64,000 nt of DNA from Bacteroidota bacterium (lineage in GTDB: Bacteria > Bacteroidota > Bacteroidia > 2-12-FULL-35-15): the NCBI GenBank assembly GCA_023251835.1, contig JAHEXZ010000015.1, positions 25,568-89,567 on the forward strand. Direction: 5' to 3'. Under the pieces are notes generated by a model, which ran no database searches, had not been told where the DNA came from, and worked only from the letters and a program-made list of their open reading frames with translations. A program made the translations under genes and the position numbers. Positions 62,916 to 64,000 of the stretch are shown here, piece after piece; within the stretch, counting starts at the first letter, position 1; every line of letters begins with the position of its first letter.

Positions 62916-64000
62916 TTAAATTTTTATTTAATGAAAATCCGTTTGGAAACTTTACTTTATCATACACGATGAACGACCCGAAATCATCTACCACACAATC
63001 ATAACTTTCACTTACAAAAACTGAAGTAGTAATTTTTTCAATTATACAAGGGCCTTTGAGATGCGTTCCGAAAATCGGTTTGTCGCCATCGTATACAGCA
63101 ACTTTTTTCATTTGATTTTTTTCAGGGATATAAACTTCGCGATGCTCTTTTATAGCTGATTCTGCTGAAACCGATTTTGTGGAGGATGATAAAAATTTGG
63201 GTCGCTCTGTTTTTCCTGTCACTCGTAGACGTACATTAATCAATTCCAATTCTGTTCCTTCTTCCTTCAGCGAATAACCAAACTGGCGGTTGTGTTCTTT
63301 GTGGAATTCTTCAAAAATAGCTGAGAGATTGAAATTCATCACATCATCCCATTCACACTCCAACTGTACTTCGTGATATTGCCCTAAATAGCGTAAATCC
63401 AGAATGGGATAAAAAGAAATGTGTTCACGCGAAACACCTTCTTCTACAAGCAGTGCATGAATTCCTTCCTCTTTCATTCCATTGAAAAGCGAAAGAAATT
63501 TTTTTCGGTCGAGATTTTTGAAAGAAGTAAAATACGAACGGATATAATCGTGTTTCAAATCACCAAGAAGCATTCCTGCAGCACAGAAAATGGAAGAAAC
63601 ATTCGGAACAAGGAACATTGGTATTTCCAGCTCCTTACAGATTTCGGAAGAATGAATAGAACCGGCACCTCCTGCTACAATGAATAAAAATTCTCTTGGG
63701 TCGTAACCGCGCTCTACAGAAATTTCTCTGACACCCTGAGCCATATTGCTGTTAATGACGCGGTACATCCCCGCTGCGGTTTCCAGAACAGATAGTCCGA
63801 GCCTGGAAGCGAGTTCATTTTTGATTGCTTTCTCAGCTTTCGATTTATTAAGTTTTAATTTTCCTCCGGCAAAAAAATCAGGATTGAGGTAACCAAGCAT
63901 CAAGTCGGCATCGGTACATGCGGGAATTTTCCCTCCGCGTTCGTAGCACACTGGTCCGGGCAATGCGCCTGCGCTTTGTGGCCCCATCTGCAGCAACCCT
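62896..64000 (-). CDS. Hydantoinase A/oxoprolinase-family (HyuA-type) subunit, 5' end beyond window
   Basis: Contains GPQSAGALPGPVCYERGG..PACTDADLMLG. The reading frame is open to the window edge. It overlaps hyuB by 20 nt. Confidence 0.8.
   Translation of the reverse strand, partial: GLLQMGPQSAGALPGPVCYERGGKIPACTDADLMLGYLNPDFFAGGKLKLNKSKAEKAIKNELASRLGLSVLETAAGMYRVINSNMAQGVREISVERGYDPREFLFIVAGGAGSIHSSEICKELEIPMFLVPNVSSIFCAAGMLLGDLKHDYIRSYFTSFKNLDRKKFLSLFNGMKEEGIHALLVEEGVSREHISFYPILDLRYLGQYHEVQLECEWDDVMNFNLSAIFEEFHKEHNRQFGYSLKEEGTELELINVRLRVTGKTERPKFLSSSTKSVSAESAIKEHREVYIPEKNQMKKVAVYDGDKPIFGTHLKGPCIIEKITTSVFVSESYDCVVDDFGSFIVYDKVKFPNGFSLNKNLIEANAD

Overview
This is a 64-kb chromosomal fragment from a low-GC, anaerobe-type Bacteroidota-like organism. 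The evidence is T9SS C-terminal sorting domains, a FISUMP-domain protein, a TAnnTTTG-type -7 box, and PFOR/IOR-based metabolism. No rRNA, tRNA or CRISPR array was found.

Four regions stand out.

(1) 0.8-9.4 kb: a xanthine-dehydrogenase-family molybdoenzyme with its [2Fe-2S] and Mo subunits fused. Its FAD subunit carries a Cys-rich insertion like the [4Fe-4S] loop of 4-hydroxybenzoyl-CoA reductase. An orphan histidine kinase and a pyruvate:ferredoxin oxidoreductase follow.

(2) 14.8-24.4 kb: a 9.1-kb accessory island bounded by 233-bp direct repeats that are 97% identical. It holds two transposase remnants, a decayed thioredoxin gene, and an extended ArsS/ArsM-type (rSAM/selenodomain) organo-metalloid biosynthesis cluster. 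That cluster also includes a PunA/MTAP-fold phosphorylase, a DUF2064 transferase, two GT2 paralogues, a PiT transporter and a MerA-like flavoprotein reductase.

(3) 24.4-39.4 kb: housekeeping and surface genes, including ettA, clpB, aroA, a large CSLREA/beta-helix T9SS protein and a sphingomyelinase-C-like enzyme.

(4) 39.4-64 kb: one almost gap-free minus-strand gene array of about 24.6 kb. It runs hydantoinase A/B, RidA, acyl-CoA dehydrogenase, thiolase, HADH/ECH, split B12 mutase, CoA-transferase, miaA, IorA, IorB, a 2Fe-2S subunit, a four-gene exported cassette, the Mo and FAD subunits of a second XDH-family enzyme, and an aminotransferase. The IorA carries an inserted GltD-like flavoprotein module. 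The exported cassette is an AttH/CrtC-like lipoprotein, an FAD oxidoreductase, a 64-aa Tat-signal mini-protein and a second lipoprotein.

All functional calls come from motif reading of the supplied translations. No database search was possible.
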